A program made the position numbers and the translations under genes. From a virus (lineage: Duplodnaviria > Caudoviricetes), in IMG/VR virus record IMGVR_UViG_3300025142_000183, positions 1 to 26,434 of that record: a stretch of DNA of 26,434 nt; one strand, given 5' to 3'. Shown here piece after piece: positions 6,672 through 15,479 of the stretch. Within the stretch, counting starts at the first letter, position 1. Every line of letters begins with the position of its first letter. Below the pieces are notes generated by a model. The model was given only the letters and a program-made list of their open reading frames with translations. It was not told the origin of the DNA and did no database searches.

Positions 6672-8429
6672 TCAAGATGTTGTGAAAATCAGACTGTGTT
6701 TCGGAAACTGGTTGATACCGAGGATGGTATCCGCCGACGGCTGCACGAGATTAAAACTCTCCACGCCTTCCACATCCTGAATCAGCCAGATGATCCGATT
6801 CCGATAAACCGTGGTGCCAAAATCGATCGTGTATTGACCGTCCTCGTCGGTATTTTCGCGCCCGAAATACTTTTCGAGCGCGGTCCGGATGCCCGCCTGG
6901 ACGACGGAATCCTCGCCATCGACGAAATTGCCACCTGACAGAGAAAAATTGGCCGTGACGAAGTCGGCCATCGACAACGTGTAATCGTTTCCGTGCGCTC
7001 CCTGGGTTCGTACGGTCAGATCGATAGTCGCCGCGTTTACCTGCGCCGAAATTTCCGGGAGGGCCACTTCGATCGCGGTAGCCAGATTACTGGCCGACGA
7101 ATTGAGATCACCACCGGCCAGCCAATCGATGCCGACCACGAAATCATGGCCGTTGACGGTGATCGTATCTCCGACGTCGAAGGTGTTATCCAGAAGCGTG
7201 ATGCTCGCGTTCGCGGAAACCCCTACGTCAGTCGAGAATTCGCTGCTGGGAATCAAGTCACGGACTTCGATGGGAATCGTCACCAGTTGCGGACCCGTCA
7301 GGATGAGTCGTTGGGTCAGCGGCGGCGGATTGTTTGACAGAGCCGTTTCGATCTGGTTCTCGAGCGCCTGGGTCAAGGTATCCGTGGTTTCCGGTAGCAC
7401 CACTGCGAGTACGGTATTTTCTTCGATGTAGGGATTGTCATTGACGGTAAGGATCCGGACCCGGCTCACACCAGCGACGCTGGTGATCACAGCCTCGAAA
7501 TCCTGATAATCGATCGTGACTTCTTTGGCCCCGATCGATTTTGGGATCCGGATTTTGGAAGTCTCGATATCCTCGCGGTCGACGCCACCTTGGGATGCGG
7601 AAGCATTGTTGACGATCAATGAAACCGGATTGCCTCCGGTATCGGTGAAGGTCGTATCCAAGATCGTGATCGTCCCGGGAGAAACGTTGCCTTGAGCGCC
7701 TCCGCCCACCTTGTAAATGTAAACAATCGTGTCACCCGCCTGTGGAATCTTGCCGTTGGTATTGTCTCCGAAGATGACCGTGGGGATGCCTTCGGAATCC
7801 ACTTCAAGACGGAAATGTTCGCTGTTGCCGTTGGAGTCGAGAAAATTGTCGACCTCCACCCAAGGCACCCCAGCGACCGTCACTTCCATAGTGTCTTCGA
7901 TGTAAGGATTGTAGTGAAGTGGAGAACGGTAGTCGGAGCTTCCGTCACTGGTTTCACTTTCCGTGCGGGTCACCTGATGGCGGCCTGCGACAAGACCAGA
8001 TGCCGCACCCGTTGGGATGATCAGATTTGCCGTGGTCTCGAAAATAAGACTGGTTTCACCAGTGGTGCGGGTCTGTGTTCCCTTGGGTATGATGAGATCA
8101 TGCGTGAGCGGATCGCCGTCCTCGGTACTGAAAGTGAGATCCACCAGGGCCGCGACGTTATTGGGGATATGATAATCAAACTGTTTGGCCAGCTTCGTGA
8201 GGTTCTTCGCTTCGTTGACCGTGGGCACGAAATGTTGCCGCGCATGGTAGTTTTGCATCCAGGCGAGATTGGCCGAGATGAAGGACAGCCATTCGATGAA
8301 CATGACGCCGTGGTTGGATTCCAGCACGTCGGTCCACTCAGGGAAATGGGTTCTGGCGATGTCAAAGAGAGAGTCTTTGAAACCATCATAATCAAAAGCG
8401 CGGAATTCGATGTTGTCGAACGTTGGCAT
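6672..8429 (-). CDS. baseplate wedge protein J (P2 gpJ/Mu gp47/T4 gp6-like)
   Basis: 585 aa. 'DYDGFKDSL...FPEWTD...GVMFIE', 'VIFGDNTNGKIP', 'YKVGGGAQGNV', 'GGVDREDIE', 'TIDYQDFE'. Confidence 0.92.
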   Translation of the reverse strand: MPTFDNIEFRAFDYDGFKDSLFDIARTHFPEWTDVLESNHGVMFIEWLSFISANLAWMQNYHARQHFVPTVNEAKNLTKLAKQFDYHIPNNVAALVDLTFSTEDGDPLTHDLIIPKGTQTRTTGETSLIFETTANLIIPTGAASGLVAGRHQVTRTESETSDGSSDYRSPLHYNPYIEDTMEVTVAGVPWVEVDNFLDSNGNSEHFRLEVDSEGIPTVIFGDNTNGKIPQAGDTIVYIYKVGGGAQGNVSPGTITILDTTFTDTGGNPVSLIVNNASASQGGVDREDIETSKIRIPKSIGAKEVTIDYQDFEAVITSVAGVSRVRILTVNDNPYIEENTVLAVVLPETTDTLTQALENQIETALSNNPPPLTQRLILTGPQLVTIPIEVRDLIPSSEFSTDVGVSANASITLLDNTFDVGDTITVNGHDFVVGIDWLAGGDLNSSASNLATAIEVALPEISAQVNAATIDLTVRTQGAHGNDYTLSMADFVTANFSLSGGNFVDGEDSVVQAGIRTALEKYFGRENTDEDGQYTIDFGTTVYRNRIIWLIQDVEGVESFNLVQPSADTILGINQFPKHSLIFTTS

Positions 8430-8432
8430 AAG

Positions 8433-8822
8433 TTACCCGACGAATCTGGGGAACGCGACCGCCAGGCTGTCGACGATCCCTCGGTTGATGATTACGTAGT
8501 CCGCGAAAATCTCCACCCAGCCTGAGTCAGGATTGACGGTCACCGCAACTTCGTTCAGTTCCACCCTCGGCTCCCATTTCTCGATCGCCTCAATAACGTA
8601 CACACGGGCGAGCGCGACCGTGATCTCGTCGATGGGTTCGAAAAGAAGCTCCGGCAGACGTGAGCCGAATTCCGGCACCATGATCCGTTCGCCGACCCGC
8701 GTGCCGAGAATCTGATAGACGGACTCGCGGACGAGAGTCCGGATATCGCCCGTGAATTCGATGAACCCCTTGGCGTTTCTTCGTTGGGGGAATGTCAGCC
8801 CGTAATCGGCGATAAGTGCCAT
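8433..8822 (-). CDS. gp25/gpW-family baseplate wedge protein
   Basis: 'ESVYQILGTRVGERIMVPEFGSRLPELLFEP...AIEKWEPRV'. Start at ATG 8822 (MALIAD); 129 aa. Confidence 0.93.
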   Translation of the reverse strand: MALIADYGLTFPQRRNAKGFIEFTGDIRTLVRESVYQILGTRVGERIMVPEFGSRLPELLFEPIDEITVALARVYVIEAIEKWEPRVELNEVAVTVNPDSGWVEIFADYVIINRGIVDSLAVAFPRFVG

Positions 8823-8823
8823 A

Positions 8824-9627
8824 TCAGTTGACCCCTCCCGTGTTGCCGCCGCCAGGATCCACGCCCGAATGGTTATGAGAAATGAATTCACGGCCGTCGA
8901 TGTGTACGCCGCCGCCGTTGATGACCAAGGTATGCCCGCCCACGTTGAACGAGATTTCCGAAGGGCTTAACGTCACGGTGCTGCTTCCGAAAGTCATCGT
9001 CGAATTACCCGTGGCGGAGAGCGAAAAATTCACGCAGGAAATGCTCTTATTGCCGGAAACCGTCTCGCTACTGTTTCCCGAAACGTTCCGATTGCGGTTG
9101 CCGCCTGTTTCCGTGCTTTCATCACCGGTTACTTTCAGATCCAGTTTTCCCGTGGCGGAATCGAAATGAAAATGATTGCCCGATTTCCGGTCGGTGATCT
9201 TGAATTTTTCGGAGCCCTCCTGGTCGTCCATTTCCATGATCCAGTTCTTGGTCTGGAAAACGCGGTTGTCCGGTGTGGCCCGTTTGGCGACCTCCGGCGT
9301 CTTGCCGCGTGCCCAGTGGCCTCCCTCCCAGATCGGATGGTTCGGATCGCCGTTCTCGAAGGTCACCCAGATTCCGGCCCCCTTGGGTGGGATAAAGAAA
9401 GCTCCGAAATCATCGCCTCCCACGAGTCCCGAAGGCCATGCCCAGGTCTCCATGATATTCTTGCCGCTTACCTGCGGGACGCTGACTTTGAGGCGTCCGA
9501 GTTTTTCCGGATCTTTATTGTCAGTCACGATGCCGCGATATTTTCCGTAGTAGACGCCGAAATATTCGAAGCCGTACTTGCGAACGACATCCATCAGAGC
9601 GGGAACGGTTGTGGGAGTATCGCCCAT
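8824..9627 (-). CDS. baseplate central spike (gp5/VgrG OB-fold, gpV-like)
   Basis: 'YYGKYRGIVTDNKDPEKLGRLKVSVP', 'WVTFENGDPNHPIWEG', gp5-like 8-aa repeats (ETGGNRNR/NVSGNSSE/TVSGNKSI) and a C-terminal 'HNHSGV' apex. Confidence 0.92.
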   Translation of the reverse strand: MGDTPTTVPALMDVVRKYGFEYFGVYYGKYRGIVTDNKDPEKLGRLKVSVPQVSGKNIMETWAWPSGLVGGDDFGAFFIPPKGAGIWVTFENGDPNHPIWEGGHWARGKTPEVAKRATPDNRVFQTKNWIMEMDDQEGSEKFKITDRKSGNHFHFDSATGKLDLKVTGDESTETGGNRNRNVSGNSSETVSGNKSISCVNFSLSATGNSTMTFGSSTVTLSPSEISFNVGGHTLVINGGGVHIDGREFISHNHSGVDPGGGNTGGVN

Positions 9628-9630
9628 GAC

Positions 9631-10881
9631 CTACAACACCCGTCCTTTCTGTCCGTAAACGAATCCGGAAATCGATCCGACGACGGCAGTTTCCGCGAAG
9701 TCGATCAGCTTCTCGAACGAGTTCTTGATATTGATCGGGCCGTTCAGAATGCCGCTGACAGGATCGCTGCCGGTGGCCCCCATGGCATTGCGTTTTCCGA
9801 CAATGGAGTATTTGTAACCGTCGGTCAGATCGTGACGGATGGAAACGATCTGGTACATGCCAGAAAACTTGCGGCCGATACCCCGTACTTCGATCAGACT
9901 GCCGCTTTTGAGAAAGGGATCCTCCGGCGAGGCGGAAATCTCGAAGTTCGCCTCCACGTTGTCGAGAAGCGCTGCGTGCCGATGTCCCGACGCGATGGCT
10001 TTGAGCTCTTTGTCTTCTTTGGGGGGAAGCGCCAGCGTTTTACCGGTGCTGTTGCCGATGTTTTTATGCAGAACCGAAGCGCCGATAGCTTTGATGATGG
10101 TGTCGGTGAACGACGTGACATAGTTTCGGGTTACGCGCACGTTTCCCAGATTAGAAGTCGGTGAAGTACCTTCATCCGCTGAAAAACTCTTCGTCTTATG
10201 AGTGAATGGATCCACGGTCACGGCCGTTGTCTGCAGAGAGCTCTTCGCATTGTCCTGATCCTTGATCTGAATGTCGAAGGAGATAAGGCGCGAGTCGCGA
10301 CCTGGCGCGTAAGCGAAGCGTGCCACGGGCGGCGCGTTCAGATCCCGCTTCTTGAACTGCAGCTTGTCGCCGATCACCTTGAAAACATGATCCTCGGTAC
10401 GCGAGGCGATATATTTGAGAAGGTCGAAAGGCGTCCGGCCGCCGGTTGCAAGAAACGGGATATCCATTTCCAAAGGATCCATGTCGAGCGTCAGGCCGTA
10501 GTCGGTAGCGATCTCTTCGAGAATCCTTCTGGCCGTCGTTTTCTTGTAGGTGGTCCATTTTTCTTCCAGCTTAAGAGCTGACCCTTTGTCGAGGGCTTGA
10601 ACTTCCACCTGGCCGTAAGCAAAACGAGGACGTTTGACGATGACCTTGCGCGGTGGATGCAGTTTTCCGGCGAATCCCCATTGCACGATCCATTCGGTGC
10701 CTTCCTGAAACTGATCAGAATCCACGAGTGTGTGGAACGGATCGCTGAAAGTGACCGTGAAAAGATCGTCCTCTTTTTCGCTGTCCTCATATTGGAATTG
10801 GAAGACCTGCACACCGAGTCCCAGCGACAGCGGCTGTCCTTTAGCGACGACGCGGGCGATGATCGGGAGATTACCGGGCAT
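9631..10881 (-). CDS. baseplate hub protein (P2 gpD/Mu gp44/T4 gp27-like)
   Basis: 416 aa. 'YEDSEKEDDLFTVTF', 'ILEEIATDYGL', 'GSLIEVRGIGRKFSGMYQIVSIRH'. Confidence 0.88.
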   Translation of the reverse strand: MPGNLPIIARVVAKGQPLSLGLGVQVFQFQYEDSEKEDDLFTVTFSDPFHTLVDSDQFQEGTEWIVQWGFAGKLHPPRKVIVKRPRFAYGQVEVQALDKGSALKLEEKWTTYKKTTARRILEEIATDYGLTLDMDPLEMDIPFLATGGRTPFDLLKYIASRTEDHVFKVIGDKLQFKKRDLNAPPVARFAYAPGRDSRLISFDIQIKDQDNAKSSLQTTAVTVDPFTHKTKSFSADEGTSPTSNLGNVRVTRNYVTSFTDTIIKAIGASVLHKNIGNSTGKTLALPPKEDKELKAIASGHRHAALLDNVEANFEISASPEDPFLKSGSLIEVRGIGRKFSGMYQIVSIRHDLTDGYKYSIVGKRNAMGATGSDPVSGILNGPINIKNSFEKLIDFAETAVVGSISGFVYGQKGRVL

Positions 10882-11182
10882 GGAGATAAATCCTTTCCAG
10901 CGTGTCCCGGCTGGGGATGCGTAGGCTCACTCCGACGAAGTCGGCCATGCTCATGGCATCAGGGATGTTGTTGTAGTGCATGATGAAGAACAAATACCGA
11001 GGATCCCCTAAGAGCTTGTAGGCGAGCACATCCAGTCGATCGCTCTCGCGCCAGACGTAAAACTGGTCGTCGTCCCGCTTGATGACGGGCGGCGGATCGG
11101 CAATGCCCCATGTATATTCCTTTTGAACCTCGTCGAAATATGCGGTTGAAAATTTGTAGAGGGAATCAACGCGTATTTTCAT
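10871..11182 (-). CDS. LysM-like baseplate protein (P2 gpX/T4 gp53-like)
   Basis: 'YVWRESDRLDVLAYKLLGDPRYLFFIMHYNNI...GVSLRIP'. Confidence 0.85.
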   Translation of the reverse strand: MKIRVDSLYKFSTAYFDEVQKEYTWGIADPPPVIKRDDDQFYVWRESDRLDVLAYKLLGDPRYLFFIMHYNNIPDAMSMADFVGVSLRIPSRDTLERIYLHAR

Positions 11183-11823
11183 AACCGGATCACCTCATCG
11201 TAGGATTTGCCGCGTGTGCGCATTTCGATCAGTGTAAGGTTGACCTGTACCTCGCTGGGAAGCTGAGTGACCGGATCCATGGCATTGCCCCATTGGACAT
11301 TGAAATCACGAATCAGCCAGATGTCCTGCGCGTAGAGTCGCCCTTGGATGACCACGACGGGATGCGGAGCGAGACTCGCCTCGGAATTTTGAGAGTAATC
11401 AGGATACGCCAGCGCCTGAAGGAATCGGACGGCCCGGCGTATGTCATTGCGCGACCGTTCCTGCATCGTGAAGGTCAGCGGTAATTCCAGTGTTCGTTCC
11501 TTGCCGCCCTTGTAATGGTATTGCGGTACCGATCTCGCCAACACCTCGTGGTTCGCGTAATTGGCACCGCCGCTTTCACGACCTTGGACGTTATATTGGA
11601 ACACGAGTCGTTCCCGCGTGACCGTATCGACCAGGAATCCGTGATTGCGCAGGAGATTGCGGACGAAGCCGATCCCTCCGTTGCCCTGGGCGAGCACGCC
11701 GTAGAATAGATCGGAGGCGATTCCGTTGCCGAGAGATTCATTCACCGTTGAGGCTGCCGAGACCCGCAAAGAATCGAGATAGTAATCTTTCGATCCGAAA
11801 ATGTTGAAAGCGCCGAGACCCAT
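11179..11823 (-). CDS. tube-initiator / CIS tube-like baseplate protein
   Basis: 'VLARSVPQYHYKGGKERTLELPLTF...VRFLQALAYP...PHPVVVIQG...VQVNLTLIE'; lies between the tape measure and LysM genes. Confidence 0.75.
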   Translation of the reverse strand: MGLGAFNIFGSKDYYLDSLRVSAASTVNESLGNGIASDLFYGVLAQGNGGIGFVRNLLRNHGFLVDTVTRERLVFQYNVQGRESGGANYANHEVLARSVPQYHYKGGKERTLELPLTFTMQERSRNDIRRAVRFLQALAYPDYSQNSEASLAPHPVVVIQGRLYAQDIWLIRDFNVQWGNAMDPVTQLPSEVQVNLTLIEMRTRGKSYDEVIRL

Positions 11824-14030
11824 CAGTTACTCCTCACGGTTTGTAATTGCTGCATCTCGAAGACCACTTTGCCGATCTTCTGTTTGTCGAGGATAATGTC
11901 CGCCGCCGTTATCTTGGCGGGAGGCACATTGATCTGGTTTGTAATTTCTGGAACGTTGTTGGCTGTGTTCGAATTCTTGGTCGCGGCCAGCGTGATATTC
12001 CGCGATTGTAGGGAAGCGAGCGACATATCGGATTGATTCGGCGACGTGGTGATCGGGCTCATGAGAAGGTCCGTCGATTGTTGACCTGTCGCGAGACCTA
12101 CGGTCGTGCCCTCGAGAGAGGACGGCGTGGAATTCTTGTTGCGGATATTTTCCGCCAGTTGGTGAATGCCGCTCTGATTGTTCTCGATCGACTGACTGAT
12201 CTCGTCAAACTCGGCGGTGATGTTGTCAGTCAGATCCCCGAAGATTTTCTTTCCGAACCGGAAGGCTTTTCCGATCACTTCGAATGACTTCTGTACCAAC
12301 GGCATTTTGTTCAGGAATTCGACGATTTTGTCGATGAGGCCCTGAATGAATCCGACGACTCCGCTGATCGCTTCGCCGATACCAGTTTTGAATTTCTCGA
12401 AGATTCTCACCACGAATTGAGTGACGGGACTGACCGCTTCCTTGAAGATCGTCCAGAGGTCCATGATCAGCTGAAGATTGGCTTTGGTTTCGGACCACCA
12501 CGCGCGGACGATATTGATGGCGAATTGGATCGACCGCCCGATACCGCGGAAGACCGTGCTCCAGACGGTGATTTCGAATTGGACAAAGGCGGCAATGAGA
12601 CTCCGGATAACGGGCCAGAGGTTGGCGACGAACCAGTCCCAGGCCGCTTTAATTCCTTGCACGACATCCTGATTATCCTGCCAGAGTTTCGTGAGTATGG
12701 GCTTCAGAAGCATGAAGGCCCCGATGACCAAGCCGACGACCGCGACGATCTTGGCGAAGACGATCAGCACGGGCACGCTGACCAGAGCCATCAGTCCCAT
12801 CACGGCAGCCACGGCACCGAGGGCAATACCCAAGAGCGCGATGACGCCCAGGCTACCGGCGATGAGACTTGCCATTTTGGGGTGCTTCGCCATCCACGCA
12901 TCGATCCGGTTTACCCATTCGCCGATCTTGGTGATGACGGGTTCCAAGGCAACCAGGAGTCTGTTGCCGATCGTAATTTTAAGGGATTCAAGACTGGCTT
13001 TCATCCGGGCGATTTTATTATCGTGGGTGTTCTGCATCTTACTCACGGCAACGGAGGCTGCTCCCGCCTTATTCTTCATTTCTTCCATGGTCTGGTTGAA
13101 CGAGGTCGTGTTGTCGCCCGAGAGTTGCAAGGCCGCCTGCACCGCTTCCTGAGAACCCAACAGCTGAATCAGGGCGCTCTTGCTCCCCTTGGTTTTATCG
13201 ACCAGGCCAGCCAGAGCCTGCTGAAGGCCCACACTTTTAATAGCGGCTTCTCCGGAGGAAAAACCAAGGCTCTTCCAGACCTTCTGCAAATCATCGGACG
13301 GACGGATGATGGCCGCCATCACGTTGCGCAATTGGGTCATAGCGATCGGTGTCTTGGTTCCTTGCTTGGTCATGGTGACGATGGAGGCCCCGAGTTGTTC
13401 CAGAGAAATACCCAAAGCACTGGCGAGCGGAGCCGCCTGAAAAATGAAATTGGAAAGTTCGGGAATCGTCGTTTTGCCGAGCCGCATGGTGGTGAAGAGC
13501 GTATCCGCCACGTCGGATGCGTCGCTGGACTTGAGCTTCCAGGCATTCAGAATGGTCGTGAGTCCGTCAACGGCAGTCGTCACGTCGGTCACGCCGCCCA
13601 AGGCGACCTGATTGGCGACATCCATGACGTGCAACGATTGGGCAGTATCGCCGATGCCGGCGGAGAGGACCTGATAGAGGCCTTTGGCTTGATCCAGAGC
13701 CGAGAAACCGAATTTCTTGGAAAGCTTCAGCGTTTCATCACTCAAAGCCGCCATGTTCACGGCGGAAGTGTCGACCAAGGTGGAGACCTCGGCCATGGCC
13801 TTCTGGAAGCTGGAGGCGGAATCCACGACGGAACCGAAGGCCCTGCGGCTGGCCATGAAGATGGCTGCACCGGCGACGGCCGTGATCGCGCCTTGCATCC
13901 GTTGCATAGTCGCGACCGTGTTCTGGGCATTCTGCCGCATGCCGCTCATGGAGTTGGAGACGTTCTTGGAAGCGGATGAGAATTGATCCTTGAGGGAAAC
14001 GGTAATACCCAGACCTAAATCGGTTGCCAT
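11823..14030 (-). CDS. tail tape measure protein (TP901-type core)
   Basis: 735 aa. 'SFQKAMAEVSTL...AKGLYQVLSAG...ASDVADTLFTT...GKTTIPEL', a hydrophobic middle segment and Trp/Phe-periodic helical repeats. Confidence 0.93.
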   Translation of the reverse strand: MATDLGLGITVSLKDQFSSASKNVSNSMSGMRQNAQNTVATMQRMQGAITAVAGAAIFMASRRAFGSVVDSASSFQKAMAEVSTLVDTSAVNMAALSDETLKLSKKFGFSALDQAKGLYQVLSAGIGDTAQSLHVMDVANQVALGGVTDVTTAVDGLTTILNAWKLKSSDASDVADTLFTTMRLGKTTIPELSNFIFQAAPLASALGISLEQLGASIVTMTKQGTKTPIAMTQLRNVMAAIIRPSDDLQKVWKSLGFSSGEAAIKSVGLQQALAGLVDKTKGSKSALIQLLGSQEAVQAALQLSGDNTTSFNQTMEEMKNKAGAASVAVSKMQNTHDNKIARMKASLESLKITIGNRLLVALEPVITKIGEWVNRIDAWMAKHPKMASLIAGSLGVIALLGIALGAVAAVMGLMALVSVPVLIVFAKIVAVVGLVIGAFMLLKPILTKLWQDNQDVVQGIKAAWDWFVANLWPVIRSLIAAFVQFEITVWSTVFRGIGRSIQFAINIVRAWWSETKANLQLIMDLWTIFKEAVSPVTQFVVRIFEKFKTGIGEAISGVVGFIQGLIDKIVEFLNKMPLVQKSFEVIGKAFRFGKKIFGDLTDNITAEFDEISQSIENNQSGIHQLAENIRNKNSTPSSLEGTTVGLATGQQSTDLLMSPITTSPNQSDMSLASLQSRNITLAATKNSNTANNVPEITNQINVPPAKITAADIILDKQKIGKVVFEMQQLQTVRSN

Positions 14031-14031
14031 A

Positions 14032-14220
14032 TCAGCGCCTGCCTTTCCTTCCCGATCGTTCGATTTCCTGCCGCTCGTATTCGAGCTGGCGGGTCAAACG
14101 GTCGACGAATTTTCGACGCAGACGGGTCGGCATTTCGAGAGCGACTTCCGCCAAGGCGTGGCAGCCGCCGTAATCCAAAAAGAAGATGTCCTCGTCTACG
14201 TCGAATGGGGGAACAAAAAA
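14032..14220 (-). CDS. -1 frameshift extension of the tail chaperone (gpGT-like)
   Basis: Open -1 frame from the slippery heptamer T TTT TTG (14214-14220) to TGA at 14032-14034, 1 nt before the tape-measure ATG; adds 60 aa. Confidence 0.75.
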   Translation of the reverse strand, partial: FFVPPFDVDEDIFFLDYGGCHALAEVALEMPTRLRRKFVDRLTRQLEYERQEIERSGRKGRR

Positions 14221-14927
14221 TCGAGGTTCCCCATAATGTCTGCCGTGACCATCGTCCCACATTCGGGACACTTGATCCGCACGGTCGTATCCAGCTTGCA
14301 TTCAACATTGCGGATGACGCGCCGAAGCTCGGCGATCCAGCTCGACTTGAAGACATCCAGGTTGACGGGGATTTTTCCCTGATCGGTTTCCTCCCAGATC
14401 TTCATGCAGCGTAGCTTCGTGTTGATTTCGGGATTCTTCACCCGGGCGATGCGCAATTCCGTTTCTCCTGTGGACAGCTCGAAATGAACCGTGCCGGGAC
14501 CCAACGCGAGAGAGAAGCTTCGTTGATCGCCTTGAGGATACGGCCCCATGGTATCGAGACAATCGTTCAGGTTGATCTCGTGCTCCGATTTGGCTCCGCA
14601 TGAGGCACACTCCAGATGAAAATGAATCTCACGCCCGTGGGTCAGCAACCGCGCCTGAAGCAGGATGAATGTCCGGTCGCCAGTCAGCATCCCGTTGAAA
14701 TCATCCGTGGTGGGATGCCCCGATTTGCCGTCGAGATTTTCCGTCACGAGAGACAAAAACCGGTTGATGACCGAAAGATCCCGGGTTTGTTGAAGACTGG
14801 AGAGAAGCCGTTCGGCTTCGCCCGTGGTCTCAAACACCGTTACCGTCCGTCCGGATGGCAAGGTGATCTCGCGCTGTTCGCGTATGGGACTCGTCGAAAA
14901 AGCCCCTTTAGGTTTGTCTTCCGTCAC
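14196..14927 (-). CDS. tail assembly chaperone with two CxxC motifs (T4 gp26-like)
   Basis: 243 aa. GTG start with GGAGG SD; 'GDRTFILLQARLLTHGREIHFHLECASCG' and 'IKCPECG'; located between tube and tape measure. Confidence 0.8.
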   Translation of the reverse strand: MTEDKPKGAFSTSPIREQREITLPSGRTVTVFETTGEAERLLSSLQQTRDLSVINRFLSLVTENLDGKSGHPTTDDFNGMLTGDRTFILLQARLLTHGREIHFHLECASCGAKSEHEINLNDCLDTMGPYPQGDQRSFSLALGPGTVHFELSTGETELRIARVKNPEINTKLRCMKIWEETDQGKIPVNLDVFKSSWIAELRRVIRNVECKLDTTVRIKCPECGTMVTADIMGNLDFLFPHST

Positions 14928-14946
14928 GATGGCCTCCTGTTATCTG

Positions 14947-15411
14947 TTATGAAGAGCGGATCACCCGGTCGCAGGACAACACGACCTTCTCGATGATGTC
15001 GTCGCTCGATTTTCTGTCGAGTTCGTCCTTTTCGATCTGTTTGGGAAAACAGCCTATGACTTGCCATTTCTCCAGAATGGTTTCGAGATCGGTATCGTGG
15101 AAGATGATGTAGCCGTTCCGCTTATATTCGGACGGAACGCCCATAGTGCCGTTTTCCGGATCGCTGACTTTTTTGAACCAGTCGTAGGCCCAGTTCTCAT
15201 TCTTATCCATGAACATGAGCTTCTTGAGCTCGATGTCGCCGACCTTCACCATGCCACCGGTTTTGACGAGGATGTTGCTGGAGCCGTGCTCGGCAACCTC
15301 GACGGAAAGGCCGGGAATGGTGACCTGTTGGACAAGAGCGGGTTCCAGACCCTCGAATTCGACGGTCCATGGGAATTTCTTGCGCGGGTTGATAGGTGTT
15401 GCTGTGGGCAT
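14947..15411 (-). CDS. tail tube protein (T4 gp19-like)
   Basis: 'NPRKKFPWTVEF...QVTIPGLSVEVAEH...KTGGMVKVGDIEL...YKRNG...GCFPK...ELD'. Start ATG 15411 with GAAGGAGG SD; 154 aa. Confidence 0.92.
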   Translation of the reverse strand: MPTATPINPRKKFPWTVEFEGLEPALVQQVTIPGLSVEVAEHGSSNILVKTGGMVKVGDIELKKLMFMDKNENWAYDWFKKVSDPENGTMGVPSEYKRNGYIIFHDTDLETILEKWQVIGCFPKQIEKDELDRKSSDDIIEKVVLSCDRVIRSS

Positions 15412-15479
15412 GTGAACCTCCTTCACCCTGATTATGAGGCGGGGTAAAATTCGGTCTCACTACCAATCTGAAAAACTCT

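Noticed and set aside
12417-13979. 520-aa plus-strand ORF antisense to the tape measure
   Set aside because: Shadow ORF expected from codon bias on the coding strand; no recognisable motifs. The same applies to 4148-5194, 7692-8525, 9166-10164, 16315-17163, 21287-22201 and 25259-25960.
14015-14356. Third-frame 113-aa ORF, and the annotated 14301 start, at the chaperone/tape-measure junction
   Set aside because: No SD noticed; the slippery heptamer leads specifically into the frame ending at 14032.
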